From the NCBI GenBank assembly GCA_964568455.1, contig CAZMPJ010000002.1:21769-85768 (forward strand): a DNA stretch of 64,000 nucleotides, read 5' to 3'. Of this stretch, positions 20,211 to 30,495 are shown one piece after another (positions within the stretch are counted from its first letter, which is position 1; each line of letters starts with the position of its first letter). The notes below the pieces were generated by a model. The model ran no database searches and was not told the origin of the DNA. It saw only the letters and a program-made list of their open reading frames with translations. The translations under genes were made by a program, and so were the position numbers. The DNA comes from an uncultured bacterium (lineage in GTDB: Bacteria > Margulisbacteria > WOR-1 > O2-12-FULL-45-9).

Positions 20211-22242
20211 TTTAATTGATTTAACCGTACTGGTTTTTGTCTTTTTATTCTTGCTCTCATTTTTTGAGCCTGGTCTTTTACTTTCAAAAACCATTACCGC
20301 CGGAGGGGATACTTGTTCTCATTACCCAACCGCGGTTTACATGAAAGAAGTGTTTTTCCCAAACTTTAGAATAATGGGTTGGGATATGGGTAATTACGCT
20401 GGATTTCCGGTTTTTTATCATTATTTTCCTTTAACTTTTGTGTTGATGGCTGTTTTAAATTTTGTGATACCCATGCAAGTTTCTTTTAAATTAATTTCAG
20501 TCTTAGGCATTTTTCTTTTGCCGTTGTGTACTTATTTTAGTTTTAAGTTTTTAAAATATAAATTTCCCATTCCTATTATTGCTTCCACTTTTAGCTTGGC
20601 TTTTCTTTTTATGGAAGCTAATTCCATGTGGGGAGGCAATATTCCTAGCACCTTAGCTGGCGAATATTCTTATGGCCTGGGCCTGTCTTTAATAGTTCTT
20701 TTCTTTGGTACTCTTTATAGTGGGATCGAAAATAAGAATAAGATTATTGTAAATGCTGTCTTGGTGGCTTTAATTGCTTTTTGTCATGGCTATACTTTAA
20801 TTTTTTCCGGAGTACTGGGCTTGTTTTTTGTTTTTAATTTAAAAGACTTTTGGGTTAATTTTAAATATTTATTCAAAGTATATGGGTTAGCCGGACTCTT
20901 AATCTCTTTTTGGTTTATCCCTTTTCTGTTTAATGTTCCTTGGGTAACTAGTTATGTAACCCGCTGGTATATTTCTTCAATTTGGAGAGCCATCCCTCTT
21001 ATTTTGATCCCTTTCTTTGTTTTAGCGATTGTTTCTTTTTTCTTAAATCTATTTGACCGCCGGACCCGTTATTTTGCCTATGCTATTTTTGCCAGCTTAA
21101 TTTTGTATTATTTAAGCCCTAATATTGGCATGCTGGATATTCGCTGGCTCCCGTTTGTGCAGCTTTTTTCTGTAATCTTTTCTGCCACAATTTTAGCGGT
21201 TTTCTTAAATGAAATAAATATTCCGCAATTTTTGCCTTTTATCATTTATCTAATGGTTGCTTTGTGGATTATTCCTAATGTAACTTATATAAAAGGTTGG
21301 ATTAAGTGGAATTATAATGGCTTTGAAAAAAAAGCCGCCTGGTCGCTGTTTAAGCAGATAAATGGTTATTTAGAAGAAACTGGTCCAGGTAGGGTGGTGT
21401 ATGAGCATTCGCCTGATCATAATGTATTTGGCAGTGAGCGGGCTTTTGAAAATCTACCTTATTTTGCTAAGCGTGATACCCTGGAAGGACTTTACATGCA
21501 GTCTTCTATTAGTTCGCCTTTTGTATTTTATATCCAGTCCGCAGTATCAAAAGTTCATTCTGGTCCTTTTCCACAATATAAATATACCCGCTTAAACTTG
21601 CCAGTGGCAATTCCTTTGCTGGAAAAATTTAATGTTACCCATTACATTGTTAAAAGTGATGTAGCCAAAAAGCAGGCTAAGCAAGTTCCCGAATTAAAGC
21701 TGGAAAAACAATTTGGTGAATATGAAATCTATCGTTTAACCACTAATGATGGTAGCTATGTAATGCCAGTTGATTTTGAGCCAGTTTTGTTTGAAACCGA
21801 TGATTGGAAAATGGATTTCTTCAATTGGTTTAGATCGGGCAGGACGCTGGATGTTCCTTTGGTGTATGCTCCTGATTCAGATGAGGGAAGGTTTAAGCAA
21901 AAAGCAGATGAATTATTTGAAGTTGAAAAAATTCCTATTAAAAAACCTCAAGCGGAAATAAGTGAAAAAATTGGCAAGGAAGATATTGAATTTTCTACTA
22001 ATTTAGTTGGCTATCCTCATCTAATCAAGGTTTCCTACCATCCCAACTGGCAGGTTGAGGGGGCTGATCAAATTTATTTAGTTTCTCCTTCCTTTATGCT
22101 GGTTTATCCAAACCAGGAGCAGGTGCGCTTGTATTTTGGTAAGACGATTTATAACTATACGGGGGAGGCTTTAAGCCTGATTGGATTAACAATTATGCTG
22201 TTTTCTGGTATAATTTTTGTTATCAATGCTAGGAAAACCTGA
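20197..22242 (+). CDS. large polytopic membrane protein (putative GT-C-like glycosyltransferase)
   Basis: About 12 or more TM helices in the N-terminal 400 aa, then a soluble C-terminal domain and a final TM helix. It lies upstream of a GtrB-like GT2. Confidence 0.35.
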   Translation: MKRNNLIDLTVLVFVFLFLLSFFEPGLLLSKTITAGGDTCSHYPTAVYMKEVFFPNFRIMGWDMGNYAGFPVFYHYFPLTFVLMAVLNFVIPMQVSFKLISVLGIFLLPLCTYFSFKFLKYKFPIPIIASTFSLAFLFMEANSMWGGNIPSTLAGEYSYGLGLSLIVLFFGTLYSGIENKNKIIVNAVLVALIAFCHGYTLIFSGVLGLFFVFNLKDFWVNFKYLFKVYGLAGLLISFWFIPFLFNVPWVTSYVTRWYISSIWRAIPLILIPFFVLAIVSFFLNLFDRRTRYFAYAIFASLILYYLSPNIGMLDIRWLPFVQLFSVIFSATILAVFLNEINIPQFLPFIIYLMVALWIIPNVTYIKGWIKWNYNGFEKKAAWSLFKQINGYLEETGPGRVVYEHSPDHNVFGSERAFENLPYFAKRDTLEGLYMQSSISSPFVFYIQSAVSKVHSGPFPQYKYTRLNLPVAIPLLEKFNVTHYIVKSDVAKKQAKQVPELKLEKQFGEYEIYRLTTNDGSYVMPVDFEPVLFETDDWKMDFFNWFRSGRTLDVPLVYAPDSDEGRFKQKADELFEVEKIPIKKPQAEISEKIGKEDIEFSTNLVGYPHLIKVSYHPNWQVEGADQIYLVSPSFMLVYPNQEQVRLYFGKTIYNYTGEALSLIGLTIMLFSGIIFVINARKT

Positions 22243-23161
22243 ACTCTCTATAGTTATCCCGATTAATAATGAAGAAGGCTCACTGGAGATTCTTTATGAT
22301 TGTCTTTCTACTGTTTTAGTTAACCTTAACCTTTCTTATGAACTGATCATGGTTGATGACGGCAGTACGGATAATTCTTTAAAGATTTTGCAGAACTTAA
22401 ACCAAAAAGACCATCGAGTAAAAGTGATTAGTTTTTCCCGAAATTTTGGCCACATGATTGCGCTGTCAGCTGGCCTTGATTCTGCCCAGGGAGATGCAGT
22501 TATTACCATGGACGCTGACTTACAACACCCACCAGAAATGCTTCCTCAATTAATTGAAAGATGGAAAAACGGAGCAGAAATTGTCAGCGCGATTAGAAAA
22601 GGGACAGAGGGTGCAAGTTTTCTAAAACAAAAGACTTCATCCATGTTTTATTGGTTAATTAATAAGATTGGCAAAATTAATTTGCCGGCTAACTCTGCTG
22701 ATTTCCGCTTGTTGGACCGTAAAGTAGTAGATACTTTAAAAAATACTCGGGAGCGTTCCAGGTTTTTGCGAGGACTTATTAGTTGGGTAGGCTACAGCCA
22801 AGAATTTATTCCTTATATTGCCGGACCCAGAAAAATTGGGCAAACCAAATATTCTTTTTCTAAAATGTTTGCTTTTGCCGTAGATGGAATTACTTCTTTT
22901 TCTACTTTTCCCTTAAGAGTGGCTACCTATTTAGGTTTGTTGACTGCTTTTATCAGTTTTTTATATATTCTTTATGCTATTTACATTAGAATTTTTACTA
23001 ATCAAGCAATTGCCGGTTGGACCTCAGTTTTAGTTGCAGTCCTTTTTATCGGCGGTATCCAATTAATCTTTCTTGGTATCATTGGCGAATATCTAGGCCG
23101 GGTTTTTGAAGAAACCAAACAACGTCCGCTTTATATTATAAAAAATAAAATTGGATTTTAA
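22217..23161 (+). CDS. GT2 polyprenyl-phosphate glycosyltransferase (GtrB/dolichyl-phosphate mannosyltransferase-like)
   Basis: LSIVIPINNEEGSL...VDDGSTDNS, a DAD-containing GT-A fold, and two C-terminal TM helices typical of GtrB/CsbB. Confidence 0.7.
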   Translation: MLSMLGKPELSIVIPINNEEGSLEILYDCLSTVLVNLNLSYELIMVDDGSTDNSLKILQNLNQKDHRVKVISFSRNFGHMIALSAGLDSAQGDAVITMDADLQHPPEMLPQLIERWKNGAEIVSAIRKGTEGASFLKQKTSSMFYWLINKIGKINLPANSADFRLLDRKVVDTLKNTRERSRFLRGLISWVGYSQEFIPYIAGPRKIGQTKYSFSKMFAFAVDGITSFSTFPLRVATYLGLLTAFISFLYILYAIYIRIFTNQAIAGWTSVLVAVLFIGGIQLIFLGIIGEYLGRVFEETKQRPLYIIKNKIGF

Positions 23162-25248
23162 TGCTAAAATCGCTAAGCCAAGTTCTGGAAAATTATAAAC
23201 AGTTGTTTTCTTCGTTTAAGAAGCTGGATTTTAATAAGATCGCCTTCTGGCTGGTTATTGTGGCTGTTGTTTACTATATAATAGTCTTTTCGCTTTACAC
23301 AATATTATTGCAAGAAGTGTTTTGGACTCAGGCTTTTGATTCAGGTATTGATGATCAGGGTATTTGGCTACTTTCGCGTTTTATGAACCCTTTTGTAACC
23401 GTTCGCGGATTAAATCTTTTTGGTGATTCAATCACATTTTACCATGTGTTTATCGCGCCTTTTTTCTGGTTGTGGAATAATATAAATGTTTTATACATAA
23501 TCCAGACAATTTTTATTGCTCTTGGAGCGATCCCTTTATTTTTATTTGCCAAGGAGCGTTTAAATAGTCCTTTCCTTGCTATTTCAGTGGCTTTGTCTTT
23601 TTTGCTTTATCCTGCCTTGCAGAATCTTAATTTGGACCAGTACCATTCTGAGGCAATAACTGTATTTTTTATGATTTTGACGCTTTTCTTCTTGCTGAAG
23701 AAAAATTTCCCATTATTTTATGTTTTTCTTATAATTAGTTTGCTGGGTAAAGACGAAGTAGCTGCGACAGGTGTTTTTATTGGCTTGTTTTTAATCATCT
23801 TTAAAAAAGAATTTCGCCATGGCAGCGTTGCTTTGATAATCAGTGGCATCTGGTTCTTATTGTGCTCAAAATTATTAACGCCTTTTTTTAATGGCATAAG
23901 CGTTTTTGCACCTCAGCCATTAACATATTCGCATTGGTTTAGAGGCCTAATGTCAAATCTTTTTAATTTTAATTTTTATTGGCACAATATTTTTCACTGG
24001 GAGAGTTTGGTTTATTATTTTCATTTGTTAATTCCTTTGGCGTTTATCCCCTTGCTGGGCGGGTCAATTTTATTTTTATTAATTCCTTCAATTGCTGTTA
24101 ATGTTTTGAGCGGTACTGGGTATTTACGCTCAGTTTTTTATCATTATAACTATGTCCAGTCGGCTATTATCTTTTTTGCCTTAATAGAAGGATTAAATTT
24201 CTTAAAGAACAAAAGTTATAGTATTGGGTTAATAAATCGCAAGAAAACACTTGTTTTAGCTTTTGTTGTTTTGCTTTTTGCGTTGATTTCAAATGCCATG
24301 CTTAGCAACTTTCCTTTATATAAGCAGTGGGCTATGTTGAAAGAGAAAATAGTTTATCTTAATTCAAGCGAGGTTCAAATAAAAAAAGAAGCATTAAAAT
24401 TTATTCCAGCCCAAGCTAATGTTTCTGCTTCTTATTCTTTTGTGCCCCAGCTTTCCCATCGCCAGGAAATTTATATGTTTCCCAATCCATTTATTCCGGC
24501 ATTATGGGGGCAATGGTTTCAAGAAGGGAAGGGTATTCCTCCAGCCAAGGGGCATGTGGATTTTATTATTGTTGATTTGGGCAATCTAGGCAAGGAAGAT
24601 AGATTATTATTAGATTATTTAACTGGTGATGGCTTTTTTAAGATTATTTTTGAGCAAAGCTCAATTGTAGTGGCTGAAAAAACCTCAAAATGGGATACTT
24701 TTGATTACAGTCGAGAAAAATTTGATTCAGAAAAGAAGAATTACCGTAAAAAACGACAGAATCGTAAAAAGAAAACAGTTGGTGCTAATTTGCTGGAGAA
24801 TCCAGGATTTGAACAAGAATATGGCAATGTTCCCCAAATTTGGGAGCTGGTTGAATGGCAGGAGGAAGATGCCAACTGCTCTTTTTCTCTTGAGCCAAAA
24901 GTAAGGAAAAAAGGCAAAAATAGTGTGAAATTAGTGCATGATGGATTGGCGGATTCAAGATGGACGCAAAAATTATTTTTAAAGCCTAGTACCTACTACA
25001 AATTATCAGGCTGGATAAAAACAGAAAACATCCAAAATAAAGGAGCCGGAGCTTATATTCAAATTGATGGGGCAAATAAAAAGACCAGGGAATTATTTGG
25101 TACGAATGATTGGCAATATGTTGCAATAGAATTTAAAACCATGTTAGCCCAAAATGAAGTGACAGTTTTGTGTCGTTTGGGTAATTATGGAGCGCCTAAT
25201 AGTGGGACAGCTTATTTTGATGAGATTGAATTAAAGGAAATCTTATGA
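23161..25248 (+). CDS. polytopic membrane protein (DUF2079-like) with C-terminal carbohydrate-binding-module-like domain
   Basis: 695 aa. About 11 or more TM helices. The C-terminal roughly 150 aa beta-sandwich resembles CBM4/9 (SGWIKTENIQN...AYIQIDG). Paralog of the ORF at 25245-27332. Confidence 0.45.
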   Translation: MLKSLSQVLENYKQLFSSFKKLDFNKIAFWLVIVAVVYYIIVFSLYTILLQEVFWTQAFDSGIDDQGIWLLSRFMNPFVTVRGLNLFGDSITFYHVFIAPFFWLWNNINVLYIIQTIFIALGAIPLFLFAKERLNSPFLAISVALSFLLYPALQNLNLDQYHSEAITVFFMILTLFFLLKKNFPLFYVFLIISLLGKDEVAATGVFIGLFLIIFKKEFRHGSVALIISGIWFLLCSKLLTPFFNGISVFAPQPLTYSHWFRGLMSNLFNFNFYWHNIFHWESLVYYFHLLIPLAFIPLLGGSILFLLIPSIAVNVLSGTGYLRSVFYHYNYVQSAIIFFALIEGLNFLKNKSYSIGLINRKKTLVLAFVVLLFALISNAMLSNFPLYKQWAMLKEKIVYLNSSEVQIKKEALKFIPAQANVSASYSFVPQLSHRQEIYMFPNPFIPALWGQWFQEGKGIPPAKGHVDFIIVDLGNLGKEDRLLLDYLTGDGFFKIIFEQSSIVVAEKTSKWDTFDYSREKFDSEKKNYRKKRQNRKKKTVGANLLENPGFEQEYGNVPQIWELVEWQEEDANCSFSLEPKVRKKGKNSVKLVHDGLADSRWTQKLFLKPSTYYKLSGWIKTENIQNKGAGAYIQIDGANKKTRELFGTNDWQYVAIEFKTMLAQNEVTVLCRLGNYGAPNSGTAYFDEIELKEIL

Positions 25249-27332
25249 AAAATAAAATAATATTTTTTCGCTTCTTCCTTGTGCTGATAATTATCTTAAC
25301 TGGTTTGGCCATCTTTGCTGCCTGTCAAAATGCCCGTGTAAGTATTAGCGAAGGGCTGCCTTGGAGCGAAAACCCTGCCCAATACAATCAGGTAATGTGG
25401 AATTTGGTCCATCACGGAAATCTTGCCTGCTCAACCTACTCAACTCCTTGCTTTCTAAGCGGCAAATTTGACCTACTCTTTTTTCTGATTGCTCCAATTT
25501 ACGCTCTTCATCCAGGGATGACCATGCTACTCGCTATTGGTATTTTCTTTCTGTGGGTCACAGCCATTATTATTTACCTGACGGCTTTCCAAATTACGAA
25601 AAATAGTTTTGTTTCTTTTCTTATAGCCTTACTTTTTTTCCTTTATCAACCCGCAATAAATCTTTCCCTGATTAGTTTTAGAGATTCTCACTTGACTGTT
25701 CCTTTCATTGCTTTGGGGCTTCTTTTTTTTCTAAGAAAAAATTTCTGGCCGATGATGCTTTTTCTGATTCTGGCCGCTTTCAGCCGGGAGGATGCCCCCT
25801 TATTGTTGCTTGGTTTTTCATTTGTTGCGCTAGTTTACCGACGAAAATTAAAATGGGTTCTGGCTCCTGGAACCTTTGGAATGGTTTATTTCCTAATAAT
25901 CTATTTATGGATTATGCCTTGGCTTAACAGTCTGCCTCTTCCTTTTGAGCAGGTATTCAGGCCAGATGTGGCTTCAGTTGGAGGGATTGGCGGGCCAAAT
26001 TTTGCTACCTATGGCCATTTTGGCAACACGCCCTTAAGTGTGCTAATCGGTTTCTTTTTGCACTTCGACCGTGTCATTGCCCTGTGGTCCCGGCCGGAAG
26101 TCGCAACATTTTTAAAAAATCTGCTGTCACCGTTTTTTTATTTGCCGGTTTTTTCGATTTTTGCCTATATTCCCTTCAGCGAATATATAGTTACCACTCT
26201 TTCGGACAGAAATTATTTTGCCAGCATACACCATCATTACTTTGCTCCCATCATGCCTTTTCTGTTTGCTGGACTTGCAGGGACACTTGGCGCAATTTCC
26301 AGTTTTATCGACCGCTTCCGGAAATTTCGTTTTTCAAAATTACACCTAGGTACACTGATCATTATTGGACTGCTCCTACTAATGATTTGGAACCAAAAAA
26401 ATAATGTGGAATTTTTCGTGCGCGGTTTTGAGGCTAGACCCAAGCCCTCACCAATACAACTGCTTTCGGCAAAAATACCTACCGAGGCGGACGTAACCGC
26501 GCAATTTGGCTTGATGCAGTTTTTATCGTCACGAGAAAAATTATTCGTGCTTACCTCGTATCCCAAAACCACTTATATTGCCATTGATACCACTGGCAAT
26601 ACCTGGCCAATGGCAAAAGAAGATTATGAGGCAGACCTTAAACGAATTTTATGCTTCGGTGATTACGGCTTGATCGATTCATCGGGTAACAATATTTACG
26701 TTTTCAAAAAGGGATCTCCACCGGACCATCATGCTGAAGTTTTTCGCAAGCTTTTTCCTAAGGCAGGGGAGAATGAATACGCCCGGTTGGTTCGCATTCA
26801 TAAATCAAAGCTTAGGCGTTTGGCGCAGCTAACTCAAGCAGTACCCAATTTGATAAAAAACAGCAGTTTTGAGGATTTTAGTAAAGATCAACCTAATGAC
26901 TGGACAATGCGAAATTGGCAGGAACCAGATCGCAATTTCGTTTATGCTGTTACCTCAGTTGAAAGTTATGCTGGAAAATATTCGGTTATACTCGACCACT
27001 CTCAGGGCATGGCTGACTCACGCTGGTGGCAAGAAGTCAGCGTGCAGCCCAATACTTGTTATGAACTGTCCGGATGGATCAAGGCTAAAGATGTTAAAGC
27101 TTTTGGTTCCGGTGCGCGATTGGAAATTGAGGCGTTGGGAGTGGCTACTCAAAGTATCTTCGGCAATAGCGACTGGAGAAGGGTAAAAGCTGACCTACGC
27201 ACGAAAAAGGATCAAAATAAAATTATCGTTCAATGCCGATTGGGTGGTTCCGGCTCGCCAACCCAAGGATTTGCCTTTTTTGATGATATCAGCCTGAAGA
27301 AAGCAATTGCGCCAATGGAATTAGAAAACTGA
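25245..27332 (+). CDS. paralogous polytopic membrane protein with C-terminal CBM-like domain
   Basis: 695 aa. Clear paralogy to the ORF at 23161-25248 in both the membrane and C-terminal domains (ADSRW.QE....P.T.Y.LSGWIK). Confidence 0.45.
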   Translation: MKNKIIFFRFFLVLIIILTGLAIFAACQNARVSISEGLPWSENPAQYNQVMWNLVHHGNLACSTYSTPCFLSGKFDLLFFLIAPIYALHPGMTMLLAIGIFFLWVTAIIIYLTAFQITKNSFVSFLIALLFFLYQPAINLSLISFRDSHLTVPFIALGLLFFLRKNFWPMMLFLILAAFSREDAPLLLLGFSFVALVYRRKLKWVLAPGTFGMVYFLIIYLWIMPWLNSLPLPFEQVFRPDVASVGGIGGPNFATYGHFGNTPLSVLIGFFLHFDRVIALWSRPEVATFLKNLLSPFFYLPVFSIFAYIPFSEYIVTTLSDRNYFASIHHHYFAPIMPFLFAGLAGTLGAISSFIDRFRKFRFSKLHLGTLIIIGLLLLMIWNQKNNVEFFVRGFEARPKPSPIQLLSAKIPTEADVTAQFGLMQFLSSREKLFVLTSYPKTTYIAIDTTGNTWPMAKEDYEADLKRILCFGDYGLIDSSGNNIYVFKKGSPPDHHAEVFRKLFPKAGENEYARLVRIHKSKLRRLAQLTQAVPNLIKNSSFEDFSKDQPNDWTMRNWQEPDRNFVYAVTSVESYAGKYSVILDHSQGMADSRWWQEVSVQPNTCYELSGWIKAKDVKAFGSGARLEIEALGVATQSIFGNSDWRRVKADLRTKKDQNKIIVQCRLGGSGSPTQGFAFFDDISLKKAIAPMELEN

Positions 27333-27336
27333 ACTT

Positions 27337-28320
27337 CTATTCTTTTTTCGCTTTCCGGGTCATCAAATCCGAAATCGCTTTATAAGCGTCCTTTTCTTCG
27401 TATAACAATTTGTAAACTTCTTGAGTGATTGGCAGTTCAACTTTATATTTTTTACCCAAAGCTAAAGCAGCTTTACAAGTAGTAACTCCTTCGGCCACTT
27501 CATCCATATTAGATAAAATTTCGGCTAACTTTTTGCCTTTGGCAATCTTTTCTCCAACCATATGATTTCTTGAAAGTTTGCTAGAGCAGGTTGTGATTAA
27601 ATCGCCCATACCAGAAAGCCCAGCAAAAGTTTCAGACTTTGCGCCTAAAGCTATGCCCAATCGGGTGATTTCTGCAATACCCCGGATCAACAGCCCAGCT
27701 TTAGCATTGTTGCCCAGGTTTAAGCCATCAGCAACGCCAGCAGCAATAGCAATAATATTTTTTAAAGCGCCTCCCAGCTGGACTCCGGTTGCATCAGAAC
27801 TGGTATAAACCCTAAAGCATTCTTGTATTAAGGCTTTTTGTACGCTTTTGGCGGTTTCTAAATCGTCCGAGGCTACAGTGGCTGCAGCGGGAAGCCCTTT
27901 GGCAATTTCTTTGGATAAATTCGGACCAGAAAGGCTGGCCAATTTTTTAACTTTTAATTCCTGCTCTAATATATTAAGCGGCAGATCCAGAGTTTTTTCT
28001 TCTATGCCTTTGTTGGCTGCAATTACAATGGCGTTCGGATTAATAAAATCTTTTGCTTGTTTGGCAATGTTACGTAGAAATTGAGTTGGTACCACAAACA
28101 CGATTAAGTCTGCGTCAAGGCCTGGTTTTAATTCAGAGGTTGGCTCGATATTTTCAGCTAATTGAAATCCAGGCAGATATTTTTTGTTTTCTTTAAATTT
28201 TTTAATTTCCTTTACCAACTCTTTTTCGTAAATCCACAGGCTGACCTCGTGTTTGTTTTCTGCAAAAAGGATAGAAAGGGTGGTGCCCCAGGCTCCGGCG
28301 CCAATTACAAAGACTTTCAT
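27337..28320 (-). CDS. gpsA: NAD(P)H-dependent glycerol-3-phosphate dehydrogenase
   Basis: N-terminal GAGAWGT Rossmann motif. Full-length GpsA similarity. Confidence 0.85.
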   Translation of the reverse strand: MKVFVIGAGAWGTTLSILFAENKHEVSLWIYEKELVKEIKKFKENKKYLPGFQLAENIEPTSELKPGLDADLIVFVVPTQFLRNIAKQAKDFINPNAIVIAANKGIEEKTLDLPLNILEQELKVKKLASLSGPNLSKEIAKGLPAAATVASDDLETAKSVQKALIQECFRVYTSSDATGVQLGGALKNIIAIAAGVADGLNLGNNAKAGLLIRGIAEITRLGIALGAKSETFAGLSGMGDLITTCSSKLSRNHMVGEKIAKGKKLAEILSNMDEVAEGVTTCKAALALGKKYKVELPITQEVYKLLYEEKDAYKAISDLMTRKAKKE

Positions 28321-28907
28321 AAGCTTTTCTCTCCTATTTTTCTTTCAGTTCCACTTAGCAAACGTTTAATATTAGGAATATGACGGGCAATGATGATAAT
28401 GCTGATTAATCCGGCTGCTAAGCTGTAGGGCAGCGGTCGGCCAAAAGCAAGAAGAGCAATAGTTACTATTATAGGTGTAATAATAGAAGCCAGAGAAACA
28501 TAGCGGCTTATATAGATTATTAAAGCTGCAATGGCAACTGCGCCAACAAAGATATCGGGGGCTATTCCAAGTAAAATTCCCAGGCCAGTGGCAGCTCCCC
28601 GGCCGCCTTTAAATTTAAGATAAACCGGATAAGTATGACCAATTACCGCAGCTATCCCAGCTAAAATGATTAACCATGGGTTTAATCCTAGTTGAATGGC
28701 TAAATAAACCGGTAAAGTGCCTTTTAAAAGATCCAGTACAAAAACAATGGTTCCAGGCACAGGACCCAAGGTTCTAAATACGTTAGTGGCCCCAATATTG
28801 CCGGATCCAAACTTGCGGATATCAATATTCAAAACTTTTGATATCAAATATCCGAAGGGAATGGAGCCGATTAGATAAGCTGCTATTAAAATAATTATGA
28901 TAAACAT
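28317..28907 (-). CDS. plsY: glycerol-3-phosphate acyltransferase PlsY
   Basis: GSGNIGATN motif, multi-TM, about 195 aa. The start was moved to the internal Met (MFIIIIL). The upstream extension of the ORF is low-complexity. Confidence 0.8.
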   Translation of the reverse strand: MFIIIILIAAYLIGSIPFGYLISKVLNIDIRKFGSGNIGATNVFRTLGPVPGTIVFVLDLLKGTLPVYLAIQLGLNPWLIILAGIAAVIGHTYPVYLKFKGGRGAATGLGILLGIAPDIFVGAVAIAALIIYISRYVSLASIITPIIVTIALLAFGRPLPYSLAAGLISIIIIARHIPNIKRLLSGTERKIGEKSL

Positions 28908-28932
28908 AAAATTATTATTGTTATTATAGCTT

Positions 28933-29853
28933 TTAAGTATGACGCAGTAAAGGTTCTTCGCCTTCTGGCAAGTTAAACCATTGCAGGGCTTCACGATATG
29001 CTTTTTCTGGATTTTTATCTTTGGTAAGCAATTTTACTACCTCTTGCCATTCTGGTGTTTTTGCGATTAACTGGGGCTCATTACTTGAATCCAAGTGAAT
29101 TAAATTTTGAAAAAATAAATCTTCAAAAGTGTCTCTCATATAAGCAAAGTAACATCCAGAAATTAGACTATAAAATCTCACAACTTCTTCTTTTACTACT
29201 TTTCTTGTTCTTTCCCATGCCCGGTCACTAAAATTTCTTTCGCGAGATCTCTCGCCAATTACACAATAATAAGAAATGTCTGTATCTTCTGCTAACAATT
29301 CATGGCCTGCATAGCAACCGTCTAAGACCAAGATATTAAGACAATCAGGGTCAGGCCAGAAAAACATGTTTGTTTCTTGTTTTTTGGGGTCCCAGACACC
29401 TAATTTTTTATCAAAAGCATTGTTTCTTAAGAATGCCAGGGTTGTACTAGCTTTTTGCATGTTATACCAAAAGTCAGGATTCATAAGATTTGGCTTCCTA
29501 GCTTGACCCAGGGTATGAGTTTTTAAGTGTGCGATACGTTTTTTGCGCAAAAACCAATCCATCTGCATTATTCGCACAAAAGGTTGTATTTCAATGCCCA
29601 GCTGTCCGGTATTTAGGTAGTCGGCAAATTCTTTAACTAAGGTTGTTTTGCCTGTTCCAGCTGGTCCATCAAAACTTAAGACAACTAAACTTTCAGGTCC
29701 TTTCCTTGCGGCCAAAGCTTGATTATATATGCGTTGATATGTAAAGGCAGCCCTCTCGCTTGCTCCTGTGCCTCCCGCACGATAAGTTGGCCTTTCTAAT
29801 GCGCTTGTTGTTCCAATTTTTGTTATTCTCATATTGTAAGTTATTATCTGCAA
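28933..29853 (-). CDS. P-loop kinase-like protein (uridine kinase/pantothenate kinase superfamily-like)
   Basis: Walker A GPAGTGKTT about 70 aa from the N-terminus. The architecture resembles CoaA/PRK-family kinases. Weak call. Confidence 0.35.
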   Translation of the reverse strand: MQIITYNMRITKIGTTSALERPTYRAGGTGASERAAFTYQRIYNQALAARKGPESLVVLSFDGPAGTGKTTLVKEFADYLNTGQLGIEIQPFVRIMQMDWFLRKKRIAHLKTHTLGQARKPNLMNPDFWYNMQKASTTLAFLRNNAFDKKLGVWDPKKQETNMFFWPDPDCLNILVLDGCYAGHELLAEDTDISYYCVIGERSRERNFSDRAWERTRKVVKEEVVRFYSLISGCYFAYMRDTFEDLFFQNLIHLDSSNEPQLIAKTPEWQEVVKLLTKDKNPEKAYREALQWFNLPEGEEPLLRHT

Positions 29854-29929
29854 GATCAGCCAAAAATTTCATGTTTTCTGAATTCCTTTGCTTGAAAAAA
29901 TAGGTAGGATTTAGTATACTTTTGAGGTT

Positions 29930-30484
29930 ATGGCAATCTCCATCAATGAAATAAAACCAGGGATAACTGTTGAAATTGATAAACAGATTTTTAGATGCCT
30001 GGCCTACCATCATCAAAGAGCCGGCCAGCAAAGCTGGATTCGCATAAAGCTTAAAAATTTGCGCAGCGGAGCTATTATTGAAAAAACTTTTAAACCCGGC
30101 CAAAAATTTGAATCAGCCCATATTGATTATAAACAAATGCAATTCCTGTATTTTGATGAAGATTTCTTTCATTTTATGGATCAAACCACTTTTGAACAAG
30201 TTCAGATCCCAAAATCACTAATTAGTGATGATGCTAAATTTTTAAAAGAAGGCTTAATAGTTAACATTGCTTTTTATGAAAGCGAAGCTTTAGACATTAC
30301 TATTCCAGGTTCAGTAGAGCTAAAAGTAACCGAAACTTCCCCAGGATTTAAAGGGGATACGGTTTCAGGTGGCAAACCTGCGACTCTAGAAACCGGTTTG
30401 GTAGTCCAGGTTCCGTTTTTCATTAATGTTGGGGATGTTTTAAAGATCAGTACCAAAGAAGGCTCTTATGTTAGCCGAGCTTAG
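29930..30484 (+). CDS. efp: elongation factor P
   Basis: 184 aa with three-domain EF-P similarity (KPG.K..SAH motif region). Confidence 0.85.
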   Translation: MAISINEIKPGITVEIDKQIFRCLAYHHQRAGQQSWIRIKLKNLRSGAIIEKTFKPGQKFESAHIDYKQMQFLYFDEDFFHFMDQTTFEQVQIPKSLISDDAKFLKEGLIVNIAFYESEALDITIPGSVELKVTETSPGFKGDTVSGGKPATLETGLVVQVPFFINVGDVLKISTKEGSYVSRA

Positions 30485-30495
30485 GAGGAATTATT

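Noticed and set aside
29723-30103. 126-aa minus-strand ORF
   Set aside because: Low-complexity sequence antisense to the efp start, and it overlaps the upstream gene in another frame. Spurious.
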